From the human T2T-CHM13v2.0 reference genome, Homo sapiens, in assembly GCF_009914755.1 (NCBI RefSeq), contig NC_060936.1: a stretch of DNA of 64,000 bases; one strand, written 5' to 3'. The notes under the pieces were generated by a model. That model was given only the letters and a program-made list of their open reading frames with translations, ran no database searches and was not told the DNA's origin. Positions 1 through 15,785 of the stretch are shown in pieces (within the stretch, counting starts at the first letter, position 1; each line of letters opens with the position of its first letter). The translations under genes were made by a program, and so were the position numbers.

Positions 1-198
1 GGAAGACCGAATAAGGGGAATTAAATGAAGCATGAGCGTTTGGTTTTCTTTGAAGCTGAGGTTCCTGGACGTGAAGTGCATTAAAGACACGTAAGATTTT
101 TACGTGATGTGGCAAGCAAGGGCCTTGTCTGGAATGAGAAAGAAAATGCAGTTAAAAATCCAAACCAAAAAACAGCACAGAATCTCTTTTGCCTACAC

Positions 199-1322
<1,124 letters not shown>

Positions 1323-1959
1323 CCCCATGAGTGGCCTGTGTGAGGGCAAAAAAGACGGTCCAAGTCAATATTTCTCAAATGTCCCTCTGAAATACCTCTA
1401 ACAACACAAAAGGGAGACCGCAGACTCCAACAGGGGGCTGCCTACAAGTCTATACAACTCTTTTAAATACGCTTTTAAATGAACATTTAAGAATCTTAGT
1501 CCATAACACGTTATTTTAATGTAAAATTGGCATTCAGTGGAAACATCAGTAAAAACTGACACTTGTTCCAGCCCAGAGAAGGTGAGTGATTTAGTCAAGG
1601 TCCCATAGTTAGAACAAGTCAGGTATGGGACTGGATTCCCAAATTCCTGATTCCAAATGTACACATTCCACCAGAGTGGTCTGTCTTACCATCAGGCTTT
1701 GGCTGTTCATTCCCAGCCCTACCTCCTAGCCCCCCAGTATTGAAGCAGTCTTCGAAGGTAGTGATGGCAAACCCTTTTGAGCTTCTATCAGAAATTCAGC
1801 AATTCATAAGCTTCGAACATTATTTATTCCGCTTGGTTTACTGTAAATTTTAGTTTGGTTTATTGTAAAACTAATTTTCTTCTCCCGCTCTGTTTTCTCA
1901 TCCATCTGTAATTTTTTTCTTTACTTTTGATAGCATCCCATTCTGTTATACGTTGTAGG

Positions 1960-2249
1960 ATGTTGAAGTGTAGAAGTGGGAGTGTGTCAGTCCTAAGCAG
2001 AGGTTTTAAGAAGCATCACGTTTCCACTCACCCCCACTTGAGCTCCAACTCTCCTTGAGAACCACGTCTGAAGTGGTGTCTGTTCCTTTAGCCTGGTCCT
2101 AGAAATGAGAAGCCGACATGCATTCAGCCTGCAGACTGGAGCCAAGCCCAGCCAAGCCCAGCCAACCTAGACTCACTTGTTGCCATAAGCTACTAAGTTT
2201 TGGAGTTGTTTGTTACGTGATATTATCCCAGCAGAAGCTGACTAAAACA
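1960..2249 (+). mobile_element. MLT1-type (MaLR) LTR fragment
   Basis: 3' end resembling MLT1: TGTTGCCATAAGCTACTAAGTTTTGGAGTTGTTTGTTAC...AGCTGACTAAAACA. Confidence 0.55.
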
Positions 2250-2624
2250 CCCCTTCTTTTGGAACCAGGCTTTGATGAATATTATTATTTTTTGAGACTT
2301 AGCCCTCTTCCATTCTTCATACTGCCTCTCCCTGACCCTGCCTGTGTACCTTCCAGAACATCACTATCTCTCATTCCTCAAACACACAGATTTTGCATAT
2401 CATCTCTGGTGGAATCTCAGCTGTTCTTTTTAAAGCTGAGAGAGTCTCACTTGTTTCTTGGCCAGCCAAAATATATGACCCTGGGCTCTGTCACTTGCTA
2501 TAAAGGGCTCCTAAAGAACTCTTACTTGAAATCTACTCAGTCCTAACTCCTCGCTGTTTTAAAACAAAAGCATAGAAAGCGGAGTGTGGATCATGCAATA
2601 GCAGATACCACATCTTTTGGCTGC

Positions 2625-2944
2625 TTTTTTTTTTTTTTTTTTTTTTTCTTGAGACAGGGTCTCGCTCTGTTGCCCAGGCTGGAATGCAGTGGTGTGACCA
2701 CGGCTCACTGCAGCCTAGACCTCCTGAGCTCTGGTGATCCTCCCACCTCAGCTTCCTGAGTAGCTGGGGTAGTTGGGGTCACAGACATGCACCACCATGC
2801 CTGGCTGATTTTTGTATTTTTTTGTAGAGAGATGGAGTTTCGCCATGTTGCCCAGGCGGGTCTTGAACTCCTGGGTTCAAGTGATTCGCCTGCTGCGGCC
2901 TCCCAAAATGCTGGGATTATAGGCATGAGCCACCTCCCCTGGCC
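2625..2944 (-). mobile_element. Alu (AluJ-like)
   Basis: Poly-T followed by GAGACAGGGTCTCGCTCTGTTGCCCAGGCTGG. Confidence 0.92.
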
Positions 2945-3426
2945 TTGGCTGCTTTTTGATAGTGGGAAGGAAAGCATGGAAAACAAATAGCAGCTTTCTC
3001 TTAGAATGCAAAGAACAGAAGCTGCCGACACCTGAAAATAAAAGCTATGCCCTGTGCTTTGAGGAAGACCAGAGTCAGCTCTGAATCACCCATGCATGTG
3101 AGGAGCTGAGAGTAGTCGTGTGGACAATCCAAAATACCAGAGAAACTTATCAGGATTTCATATGGGCTGGGAAACCCTAAAGCTGCCCAAAAGTGTGTCA
3201 GAAGTGTTTTAGATGAGGTATTTCTTCAAAACAATAAAACTGGTTGACAAAAACATGCTCCCTTACATGTTAGGATTCTACAAAGATTTATTGTGCAAAA
3301 ATAAAAGCATAAAAATCACTGAATTAAAATGTTTGGCTTTGAATATACTTTTTTTAAAAAACAGACTTCATATACTTCATATGTTTGTGTATGTATTTTT
3401 TATTTTTTTAAGAAACAGGGTTGAAC

Positions 3427-4190
<764 letters not shown>

Positions 4191-4191
4191 C

Positions 4192-4610
4192 TAAAGTGAT
4201 TTTAGACTCACAGCAAAACTGAGAAGGAGGCACAGCGGTTTCCCATATACCTCCTGCCCTGACACGTGTACAGCTTCCCCAATCATCAACATCCCCCACC
4301 AGAGTGGTACCTTTGTTGTAATTGAATCTACATTGACACATCACTATCACCCAAAGTCCATGGTTTACATTAGAGTTCATTCTTGGTGTTGTATATTCTG
4401 TGGGTCTTAACAAATGTGTCCACCATTATAGTATCATACCGAGTAGTAGTTTCCTTGCCCTCTGTGCTCCTCCTGTCCACCCCTCCCTCCCTGCTAACCC
4501 CTGACAACCACTGATCTTTTTTACTATCTCCATAGTGCCTTTTACAAAATGTCATATAGTTTGGAATCATACAGAACATAGCCTTTTCAGACCGGTTTCT
4601 TTCAGGCATA
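4192..4610 (-). mobile_element. L1M (L1MB/MC-like) 3' fragment
   Basis: ATCCCCCACCAGAGTGGTAC...ACATTAGAGTTCATTCTTGGTGTTGTATATTCTGTGGG...GGAATCATACAG. Confidence 0.7.
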
Positions 4611-5139
4611 TATCTCCTAAAGCAAAGCAACATGAGTTCTTAACTGTGTGGATTTTTTTTTTTCCCTGAGGATAATAAGTTTACATTCTCTCAGTCCAAC
4701 AGCTGGATCATATAGGGACACCATAGGTGTTCTACTGAGTGACAGAAGAAGATGACTGGGGATTAAAACAATAATACCCTAATTGGAAAATTAGCTGTGG
4801 GAAATCAGGGGTTGATAAGCAGCCCTCTTTTCCATATCTTCTCCTTCTGCCCCACTCTCCTACCGTGCCCCCACCCTACACCCCACGGGTTTCCCACTCC
4901 TTCTCAGAGGTCTGGAGGGCATTCTCCCACCCTTTCCAGTGGACTACCCACAGGAGCCCTGAAGCAAATGCCCGAAGGAAATTCCTATCACCTGTGTGCT
5001 CTGATAGGCACTTGGAGCTGGGATGTGGTACTAATCAGTAAAACATACCCCGTGCCCTTTAGCAGCTCACAGTTGATGGCAGTGAGAAATTTGTAAACAA
5101 AATAATCTTTCAGGAGAGACTGCAAAACTAGAAACAAAC

Positions 5140-5378
5140 GTAGTGGAGGAACTCTTAGAATGTGGTCCTTTTGAAAGGACTCACACCCGGCCCCCAGAGA
5201 ATCTGACTTAATTGGCCTGGGTTGAGTATATTGTTGGAGAGTGTCAAAACACTCCCCAGGTGATTCTGACATTAGCTGGGGCCCGGAACCACCCCCGACC
5301 TACTGAATCTGGGACTCCAGGAGAGGCCCAGCCACTAGTGGTTTAACAAGCCCCTTGGGTCAAGTTTGAAAACCAGGG
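5140..5378. mobile_element. MER5A/MER5B-like hAT fragments
   Basis: CCCCAGAGAATCTGACTTAATTGG...CCCCAGGTGATTCTGA and GACCTACTGAATC...TTTAACAAGCCC...AAGTTTGAAAACC. Confidence 0.6.
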
Positions 5379-5654
5379 GTCTGGGCTGCTAAGTGGCGGC
5401 ATGGGAATGGAAGGTTCTGGAAGGTGAGCAGTGAGGTTGGGGCGCAGGCCTGGGAAGGGAGAGGCTCTTCAACAGCCATCCCCCCCAACCTTGTCTCAGC
5501 CTAGGGCAATGGGCAGGCTCTCCCATCAGAGCCTGGCCTGAGCCCTCAGAGGCAGGACCTCCTTGAGGGATGTGGAGGTGTGAAGACCAGTTCTGAGACC
5601 ACAGAGGCTCCCTTCAAGCCTCAGTCTCTGACCCTGCGGGCATTATTTCCATGA

Positions 5655-6037
<383 letters not shown>

Positions 6038-6605
6038 TAAAACACCGAAAACCCAGACAGGAACGGTGTCCATCTCCAACCCCAGACGGAAACTGTGCCC
6101 GCACCCACAAGAAAAGCAGTCCTTTGCCCAGAGCAACCAAACCCTGAACCCCACTCTCGATTCCCCTCTGCCCCCCAACTCTTCCATCCCAGCGGATGGG
6201 AAACAGCGAGTCCAGCCGCCTCCCCACCTCGGGACCCCCCTCCCGGGCCAACTGCGCAGGGCACGACCCCGTCGTGGTGCCCCGCGCGCTCGACCCCCAG
6301 GGGTTGAGGTGAGGAGGGATCCCCGGTGTCCCGGGAAGCGCGGCGGCTTCTGCGGGTTGCGGGCGGACCCCCCTCCCCGTGGGGAGGGGCTGCGGCCGCG
6401 CGGAGTCGCCGCGGGTCGGAGGCTCCTCCCCGGGGTGGCCGCGCAGGAAGCGGGGCGGGTGGGGGCGGTGCGGGGCGCGCACGGGGCCGGGGCGGCGGGG
6501 GAGGCGCGGGCCTGGGCGGCCAGCCCCGGCGCACAGCCGCGGCCGGGGCGCGCGGCGCGGGGCGGAAAAGCCTGTTTACACAGACTGCACACCGCCTGGG
6601 GAATA

Positions 6606-6614
6606 ATGCAGTAA
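6606..6614 (+). promoter_or_regulatory. Minimal uORF1 (ATG CAG TAA)
   Basis: ATA-ATG-C context (A at -3) within putative exon 1; included in the mRNA only if the TSS is upstream of 6606. Confidence 0.55.
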
Positions 6615-6766
6615 AGGAAGTGAGCCGGCTCGGCCTGACTGCTCCAACTTCCTGCTCTCACACACACCAGAGGGGAAAAAAAAAGAGGAGCGAGAGAAAG
6701 AAAAAAAGGGGGAAAAATCAGGATCTCATTACAAGAGCCACAGACCGTCTGCAGACGCCTGTCAGC

Positions 6767-6802
6767 ATGGAAAGTCGGGGGCTTTCGCCCGGGTCCTCCT
6801 AG
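6767..6802 (+). promoter_or_regulatory. uORF2, MESRGLSPGSS*
   Basis: CAGC-ATG-G strong Kozak context (A-3, G+4), TAG at 6800-6802, inside exon 1. Confidence 0.75.
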
Positions 6803-6926
6803 AAATTCCCCCCGAAGAAGACTCCCCCACATCTGGGTAGGTAACAGGGCTTCTGCCTGTTGCTCGGACACTTAAAAAGTTTGTTTGGGGGTGTTTTCTT
6901 TTTTTCTTTCTTTTCTTGGGCGCGGT

Positions 6927-6976
6927 GGGGGTGGGGCGGGGGGCGCCGCGGGGTGGGCTGCGGGCCGGGGTGGGGG
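6927..6976 (+). other. G-quadruplex-forming G-run cluster at the start of intron 1
   Basis: Eight runs of 3 or more G with short loops: GGGGGTGGGGCGGGGGG...GGGGTGGG...GGG..GGGGTGGGGG. Confidence 0.65.
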
Positions 6977-9338
6977 TGGCGGTGCGTCCGCGCGGGAGGG
7001 CCGGCCGCGGGGAGGGGGCGCCGCGGATGCTCCTGCGCCCGCGTCGCTGCCACCGCCGTCGCCCGAGCTCGCGCCGGGCCCGGGGCTGCGGGGACCCTGC
7101 GCCCGCGGCTCCCCTCCCTGGGGCTGCGCTGCGACCCCAGAGGAAGGGGCGCCGGGCGTGCAACCCTGGGAGCTCGCCCAGGGCCCCGCTGCAGGCAGCG
7201 CGGGGAGCGGGGGACGGCGAGACTTCGGGTCCCTGGGAAGAACCGTGGCAGGAGCAGGCTGAGTGCCTGGAGGCTGGACCACCGCCGACCTTCCAGCTGG
7301 GACCGCAGTCAGGCTCCCCTCGAGTGGGCAAAGTGCACTGGTGCTCGGATCCAGGGAGGAAGACAGGGATGGAGAGGGCGGTGGAGGACATGGGTCGCGA
7401 AGGTGTGGGGCTGGGGGCTGCGTCCACTCTCGCTTGGCAGGTGACCCCCGCCCAGGTCACCGCCCCAGGCGCACGCCCCATCGGACATTTAAAAGCCGGT
7501 GGTCTCTATTGGGCATGGTTTTGGAGAAGGACCAGGCAAGAAATGATCTTGGGGCCCCTTCCACTCCCCATCCCTGTTTACCTTCGAACTCAACGTTGGC
7601 CTGTGACGCTACTGTAACTTTTGGGGAGGCGGGATTAAGATTTTGGAGTAGTTAAAAAGCAAAAATAAAAGGTCTTGGTTTTGTTATCTTTTCTGAACCG
7701 AATCATCCTAGGGACAAGCTGCAGTTAGGCGGCGGGTGGAGGTGGAAGCAAGAAATGTTATTTCAGAAACTGCAAAAGGGGCTTTTTAGAAAGAAAAAAA
7801 AACGAGTGTCGGGAGAGTTTCTGGCTTGTCTGGAAACGGCAAGACTAATTGCCATGCGCTTCCGCTTTGAAACTGGCAGCAGACAGCATCTTGAAAATGA
7901 CTCACTAGAGGAGCTCACAAAGAAACTGTGGTTTGCTCCTTCTTAGGTTTATGTATTTGTGCCTTTTACAGTTTCCTTTGTAGTGTTCGAGGGGTCCCCC
8001 GCCCCTTCCCCGCCAGCCCCCTCCCACCCTCCCTCATTTGAAAGCCCCTGGCCGGTCTTTAACTACCCCCACCCCAGTCCTCCAGCCTGGGGGTGGCGGG
8101 GAAAGGGGAGGCTGAGTTGTTTTTGGAGTTGGCTGCGGAGAGGGTTAAAGGGATTCTGCTGCTGCAGGGGGAAAAAGTTCCTTGAATTTTCCACTGGCTG
8201 CTGCAGGAAGAGAGAGCCCCCTTAGTCATTGCTAAGTAATGTCTGCACACACACCAACTAATCTCATTAGGAGTTTCCGCTGCTCGGCACAGGAGGGGTT
8301 TTGTGCAGCCACTGTCAGCCTGGGAGCCCGGCGCTGGGGAAGGAGACAAGTTATGGCTTTATTTACTTAGGGGTGCAGCCGCCCAACGAGCCTTTTCAGG
8401 ACATGTCTTGAAAACTTTGAAGTCACTTTGGCCATTTTGGATTTCAGATTTGCAGGTTTTTCTTTCCCGCGTGTGTATGTGTGTTGAGAGGTGGGGGGAG
8501 ATAAGCAGCTCACACACACCCATCTTCTCCATCTGTGCTTGTCTTTGGGGGTGGGGGGGTGTGGAGCATGTTCCAGGCATCTATTCATGAGCCGAAATCG
8601 ATTTGTGAGCCTTACAAAATACCCTCTGATGTCTTTTTCTTTCTCTCTCGCCATGGCACCCATTTATTTGGAAAAGGTCAGTTAGGAGTTTCAATTTATG
8701 AGGATGATAAAATTACAAATTGTGTTAGGAGGGCACATGGGTCAGGCAGTTAAGGAGACTGTCCATAAGTGTTCTTAGAGTTTCCAGTAATGATCCTGCC
8801 TAGAAACCCCCCTGAGTTTGAAAAGTGATGGCCTTTCTATGCCAAATATAGCAAAGGCCTTCTGCCCTCTAAAAGTGTTTTTTTTTTTTTTTTAATTTAA
8901 ATGTTGCGTAGAAATGTGTGGCGTTACTAAAAAGGGTCAAAAGGAACCTGATTGGAATGATGGGGCCCCTTTATTGACAAAGACATGTTGCTTTTAAGGT
9001 GTTGGCAGTTCTTTTACGGTGGCAAAGTTGTCCTAAAAACAGCCCAAACAGCCCGACCGGGGTATGAGTCAGTGGACATGAGTACAGGATGTCCCTAATG
9101 CTATGCCTTCACAGAGTAGGTGCTCAATAAATTGTAGCATTGAAAGCTGTGAGTAGGCTAACAAAACTTATAATAGGTAAGAAAAAAGACTTACGAGATC
9201 TCATACATTTTGCATGAGTGTTCCTTAAGAATGGAGGTTGTAAACTCTCTCCAGAGTACATTTCCTTTAAATAAAAAAGGGAGTATTTAGAATTCCTCCT
9301 TCTAAGTAATTATTTGGGACACATAGGTTCATTTACGT

Positions 9339-9530
9339 TAGTGGTTCACAACTAGGAGTAATTTTACCTCCCAGGAGACATTTGGCAATGTCTGGAGATG
9401 TTTTTGGTTGTTATAACTAAGGGGGTGCATTGGCTTCTGGAGGGTAGACGCCAGGGGTGCTGCTAACCAGTCAACAATGCACAAGAAAGAATTTTTTTTG
9501 CCCAAAATGTCTATAGTGGATTGAGAAAAA
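9339..9530. mobile_element. MER20 DNA transposon
   Basis: CCAGGAGACATTTGGCAATGTCTGGAGATGTTTTTGGTTG...GCCCAAAATGTC hallmark. Confidence 0.8.
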
Positions 9531-10369
9531 TCTTATTTACTTTAATGATGATGAAGATGATGAAAGCTCTTTAACACGCATTCAGTCAACAAATAGGACA
9601 TTTAAAAGTCATCATCTGTAATTTTGGCCACATACATAACATAGCATTCATGAATTTTCTCTTTCTCTTTTTGGTCAGTAACATGCAATAATAGAGTGAC
9701 ATACGGATGGTGACCTTGTGATGGTGTACCCTTTATGTCCTGAATTAGGCCATCCATCTCTGAAACTCTGCAAGTATAGCATCTTCATGCACTTGGTACC
9801 AATGCTGTTGAGACCAGAATGGCAGTAGTCCAGATAGGGGAGAGCAGTGATTTGCCAGCTCCATTTGAGTTTTGAAGTTAACCTAAACATTTATTAAAGA
9901 CCTCCTCTTTTTCTTATATAAAAAATTAAATAAGTCAAAAGTGCTAATATACAGTACATGTAACTCTGAGGTCATATATTAAAATTTATATTTGTAATGA
10001 CTTTTTGGAACTTGAATCTTTTCCTGAAATTGGTTTTAAAGGACTTCCAGGCAGTGTATGTAAATTAAAATATTCCCTTCTTAGCTGTCAGATATTGGAT
10101 TTTGTGTGTTCTGTGGGACCCAATTATATTTATATATCTATCTGATTCAGAAGACCAGTATGGTGCTGTGAAATGTTGCAAAACATGACCTGATGACAAC
10201 CCAAAACACTTCATAGAAAACTATCCAAGAATGTGACTTCCTGGAGTAGAGTCTTTTTTCACTGAGGGTGAGTTGCTGCTTACTAATCGTTAGTTTTGTT
10301 GCCTTCCAATTCTAAGGAATGACTCAGTCATCTCCATGTTTCCCAGACCTGGACTTCCTCATGAAACTT

Positions 10370-10485
10370 TATTTTTTTAATTGTTTATGTTGCCAGGGCT
10401 GGCCTTGCACTCCTGGGCTCAAGTGATGCTCCCACCTCAGCCTCCGCAGTAGCTGGGGTTACAGGTGTGAACCTCTGTACCAGCT
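10370..10485 (-). mobile_element. Alu monomer (FLAM-like)
   Basis: CTCCTGGGCTCAAGTGATGCTCCCACCTCAGCCTCC. Confidence 0.7.
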
Positions 10486-11604
10486 GTCTCATTAAAGTTT
10501 AAAAGAAATGGGCTGTCTGTCCATTCTGGCTTTGTTCTGGCTGTAGAGCCCAGATGACTGTCTTCTGACCCTTTCCTAAGGTTCTGTACATAAATACGCA
10601 GATGAGAGGGGAAGGGGACTCCATTTTTGTTAGATTTTCTTGTATGTTTCAGGCAAAAGTTTTTTATGTCCTGGTTATCTTTAATTCCTCTTTGCCTGTA
10701 TAGATCGACTTATAACACACTTTGAGACCATGCTAGCAGAATAGTATCTTCTAAAGGTTGGTTGTTTTTTTTCCTATTGTAAAAAATATTAATGTGAATT
10801 GCCTTACAAAGATACAGAAAACTGCTATAAAAAAATAGACATCTCCCATAATTCCACTGTTTACCTTTTGATGTGTAATTGTTCAGTTTTTTAAAAAAAT
10901 GCATATGTGTGTCTATGTATATCCACACATGCACATACCATTTTTAATTGAAAGCACACTGTACTTACTGTTTTATAACTTTTTTCACTTAACATGTAAC
11001 ACATTTTAATAATTAGTACTGAGACCGAAATTATCACATAGAGCTTCTATTTATTGATCTAATAAATGTGTTGGCTCAACCATGGATTGACATAATTTCT
11101 TCATAGACTTGTTCAGTGTTTTTTGTCCTCTGTGGTTCAAGTAATGTTCTAAGAATGCTGCCCTCTTGAAAGACTGAGTTCCTATGTGCTGTGAAATTTT
11201 GGATTTTGATGAGTTTCTCTGTGATTTAAGGATGAGTCATGATTTGCAGTAGAATATCAAGATGTAGTAACAGGAAGTACAGGGCACTACACATCAAAAT
11301 AGAATGTTAAATGATGAAGAGAAACCAGGTTAAACTGAAAATATACCTTGAAATTATCCAACTATGAAGGGAGAGGAAGGTGTGTTTTGTACATTTTAAC
11401 AACTCCTATTACTGTTTCATTTTCTATCAGTGGAGTTTCCAAACTTTGAAGTTGGTGTTTTAAATTGATTTTTAGCTCAAGATTGCTGTTGTTCATAGCC
11501 ACTTTGAATTGAGGTCATTCAGCCTTTTGATTGAAACCATGGCAGTGAGACCATGAAAACTCTAGTTTTGCCACTTATAGAGCAGCCCCAGTAAATAAAA
11601 TTAG

Positions 11605-11605
<1 letters not shown>

Positions 11606-11641
<36 letters not shown>
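11606..11641. repeat. (TG)18 microsatellite
   Basis: Direct reading. Confidence 0.97.
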
Positions 11642-11642
<1 letters not shown>

Positions 11643-12189
11643 CCTTCTGTGAAATTCTAAATGTCTTCAAAAATGGTAGATTACTCAGTCTTTTAAATAA
11701 CTATTCTGTGCAGAAATTCAACTCCCCATGGTTCCTGCCTGAAACCAAAATAAAAATTGCCTTTCATCCATTACTGGAGATTTACATATATGTCAGCAGT
11801 TTTAAAGTAAACTTTGAACTAGTCATTTCAATAAATTGTGATTTGGTTTGAATTCCCACTAGGAATAAAGTCATTGACTACTTTATTGCTATGTATTAAT
11901 TTACATTTCCTGGAAAGTACTACTTTTTTCTAAGAATTAAATAAGATTATAACATGGCTTTACTTGTATATTTTTAAAGAAATTTAGACAATGTTATATT
12001 AGTGTATTCTAATTTGAATTAGACTGAAATGAATTTACTCACACACTCTAAAACAAGGATCTATTTATGACACATAGTGTCATAAATATGCTTAAAGTTT
12101 CTATAGCTAAGAACAATTTCTGAATATCCATGTGTAATATGGGAGTGATGGGATAGGTATAAAACACTTATCTAGATACCTTCTCTTTT

Positions 12190-12410
12190 TATTTTTTAAA
12201 TTGATATAAATGTACATATTTATGGGGTACATAGTGATTTTTTACATATATATCATGTATAGTAATTAGATCGAGGTAATTAGATCCATCATCTCAAATG
12301 TTTATGATTTATTTGTGTTGGGAACATCCATTATCTTCCTTCTAGTTAATTGAAACTATATAGTATTATAGGCATCCTGCAGTGCTATAGAACACGAGAA
12401 CTTACTCCTC
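12190..12410 (-). mobile_element. L1MA-like 3' end fragment
   Basis: GTACATATTTATGGGGTACATAGTGA...TTTGTGTTGGGAACATCC...GTGCTATAGAACAC. Confidence 0.7.
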
Positions 12411-12640
12411 CTGTTGGAGACCTTCTCTTAAGACTGATGAAGCTAGGGCTCCTGTACTCCAAGCAATAGAGTAAAGAAAACGAGGCTCTTGGTATCTTCC
12501 CCTCTCTCTTTTTTTTAAGTTGAGGTATGATTTACATATATTAAAATGCGCAGATCTTAAGTGTTATTGTATACATACATGTAACCCTACCCAAAGAGAC
12601 AATATTTCCATGTCCCCAAGTGTTTTTTGGCTTATGTATT

Positions 12641-13135
<495 letters not shown>

Positions 13136-13465
13136 CTGGCCATTTACAAAATTCTGTTACGGCAATTTCATGATTCTACCATATAGATTCTTAAACTTCA
13201 GAATACCTTGATAAAATATTGTGGTATTTTATTTAATCTGCTTAGTTAAAAATAAATCAGAATGTGTAGATTTCCTCATCATACAGTAAGAGGAAAAAGA
13301 AAAATCCTTTCTGTATTACCTGATATCCGCAAAATATTTAACCAAAAGTAATATGTGTGCTTTAGGAAAAATGTATTACCTGAAGACTAATTGGGATGAG
13401 AGGATATTAGTAAATCTTCCCAGACCTCAGTTTCTTTAGCCTGATGGTAAAGTAGTTGAAGTGGA

Positions 13466-13728
13466 GGCTGGGTGCAGTGGCTCACATGTGTCATCCCAGC
13501 ATTTTGGGAGGCTGAAGCAGGCAGATCACTTGAGCCCAGGAGTCTGAGATCAACCTGGGCAACATAGTGAGACCCCATCTCTGCCAAAAATTAGCTAGAC
13601 GTGGTGGTGCGTGCCAGTAGTCCCAGCTACCCGGGAGGTCAAGGCTGCAGTGAACCATGATTGCGCCACTACACTCCAGCCTGGGTAACAGAGTGAAACC
13701 CTGTCTCAAAAAAAAAAAAAAAAAAAAA
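13466..13728 (+). mobile_element. Alu (AluJ-like)
   Basis: Alu with TSD TTGAAGTGGA (13456-13465, 13733-13742). Confidence 0.92.
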
Positions 13729-14522
13729 GGGATTGAAGTGGAGAAGCTGAGATATACTCCCTTTCAAGTCGGAAGCCCTATTTGTGTACTGCTATATTTG
13801 GAGGAAAGGTCTTGACTCCTAAGAGTTGTGAAAGTGTGATATGAACTTCTTGCTGTCATCTCCAGACATCTGACTTATAGACATATGCAGGAATTTAAAC
13901 AAACAGCTATTTTGTGGTGGAAAAGGGGGATCTCCATAAGTTTCCCCTTGAATTCCATTTTGGCCCCTTATTGAATAAGGAACACTCCAGTGGAAGGCCA
14001 GTATTAGCTGCCATGCTTCCTTTCCTCCTAGTCTTTTGAGGTTTGTGACAGGCAGCACTGATTTCTAATGACCCACAGCCACCTCATTCTTGGGGACATC
14101 AGTGACTGTCTGAGTTGGTGCTCTGTAGCACCAGATAAGAGTTTGGTCACCTGGTGAAATTCCTCCTCCTTCCTTCTGATAGTCTTTGAAAGTGCTGTCT
14201 GCCCCCACTGCTGTATCTTGAGGGTTCTTACATTCCTCTGCACCCGCTCTGATCCCTTCTCTCCCCAGGAGCTAGAACAATCCTTTCAAAACACAGATCT
14301 GACCAGGTCATTCTTCTACTGAAAAATCTTCTAGTGACTTCAGCTTAGGATAAAGACCAAAACCCCTAACTCAAGCTGCAAGATGTGATTTGGGCCAGCA
14401 AACTGACTTTTCCTCAGTTCCTCAAATGCTTAAGGTGTCCTCTGCCCTCTGTCCACTGGGTCTTTGTCAATACTGACAGAATTTTCCCCCCGACCCCTCT
14501 ATTTTTCAGACTCCATGCCTAA

Positions 14523-14987
<465 letters not shown>

Positions 14988-15031
14988 TGAATTCTCTCTC
15001 TCCAAATTCTTGTTACCCAAACACAGGAACA

Positions 15032-15307
15032 TGAGATGGAGTCTCGCTCCGTCGCCCAGTCTGGAGTGCAGTGATCTCAGCTCACTGCAACCTCTGCCTC
15101 CTGGGTTCAAGTGATTCTTCTGCCTCAGCCTCCCAAGTAGCTGGGACTACAGGCATGCGCCACCCCACCTGGCTAATTTTTGTATTTTTAGTAGAGACGG
15201 GGTTTCACCATGCTGGCCAGGCTGGTCTCGAACTCCTGACCTCGTGATCCACCCGCCTCAGCTTCCCAAAGTGCTGGGATTACAGGCATGAGCCACCATA
15301 CCTGGCC
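15032..15307 (-). mobile_element. Alu (AluS-like) lacking a poly-A tail
   Basis: Starts directly at TGAGATGGAGTCTCGC and is flanked by AGGAAC on both sides. Confidence 0.9.
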
Positions 15308-15785
15308 AGGAACTAGACAGTTTTAGAGACATCTTTCTGAAATAGGGCTGGTGCCCCTCATTATTCATTAATGCTATTTTCTCCAAAACCCGGGAACCAA
15401 ATAGATGTGATAGCATGGCATCCCTCATGATCTGAAGTTACTGTCCGTAACTGCGGTCCCATTCGATTTGGATATTGGGGGATGCCTGCACGTGTCTGTG
15501 TCATGTGCTGCATGTCTGCGGTGCCATCAGTCTGTGAGCTCCCTCTGGGCCTGCGTCCGTTTTTCTCATCCTTTGTATTATCTCAGCACTTTGTACAATA
15601 CCTGGCACTCAATGAATTAAAAATAATCTGAAGCGGGGGTTGGGGGGAGCTTGTCAATATAGCCCCACCTTGTTTTGCCCTTGGACTTGATAAAGCCGTT
15701 TGTTGCTATGCATATGTCCATCTCTTTTCTAGACAATGAGTTACTTGGATGAATAGGCAGATCTCTTGGTTAAACCATAAAGACA

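Larger units (their letters stand above)
6555..6836 (+). other. ELK3: ELK3 non-coding exon 1 (5' UTR); the 5' end is approximate
   Basis: Lies in the CpG island and ends at donor CTGG|GTAGGT (GT 6837-6838). Joining to exon 2 gives ...CATCTGG-GTATGGAG. The TSS cannot be fixed from sequence. Confidence 0.75.
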
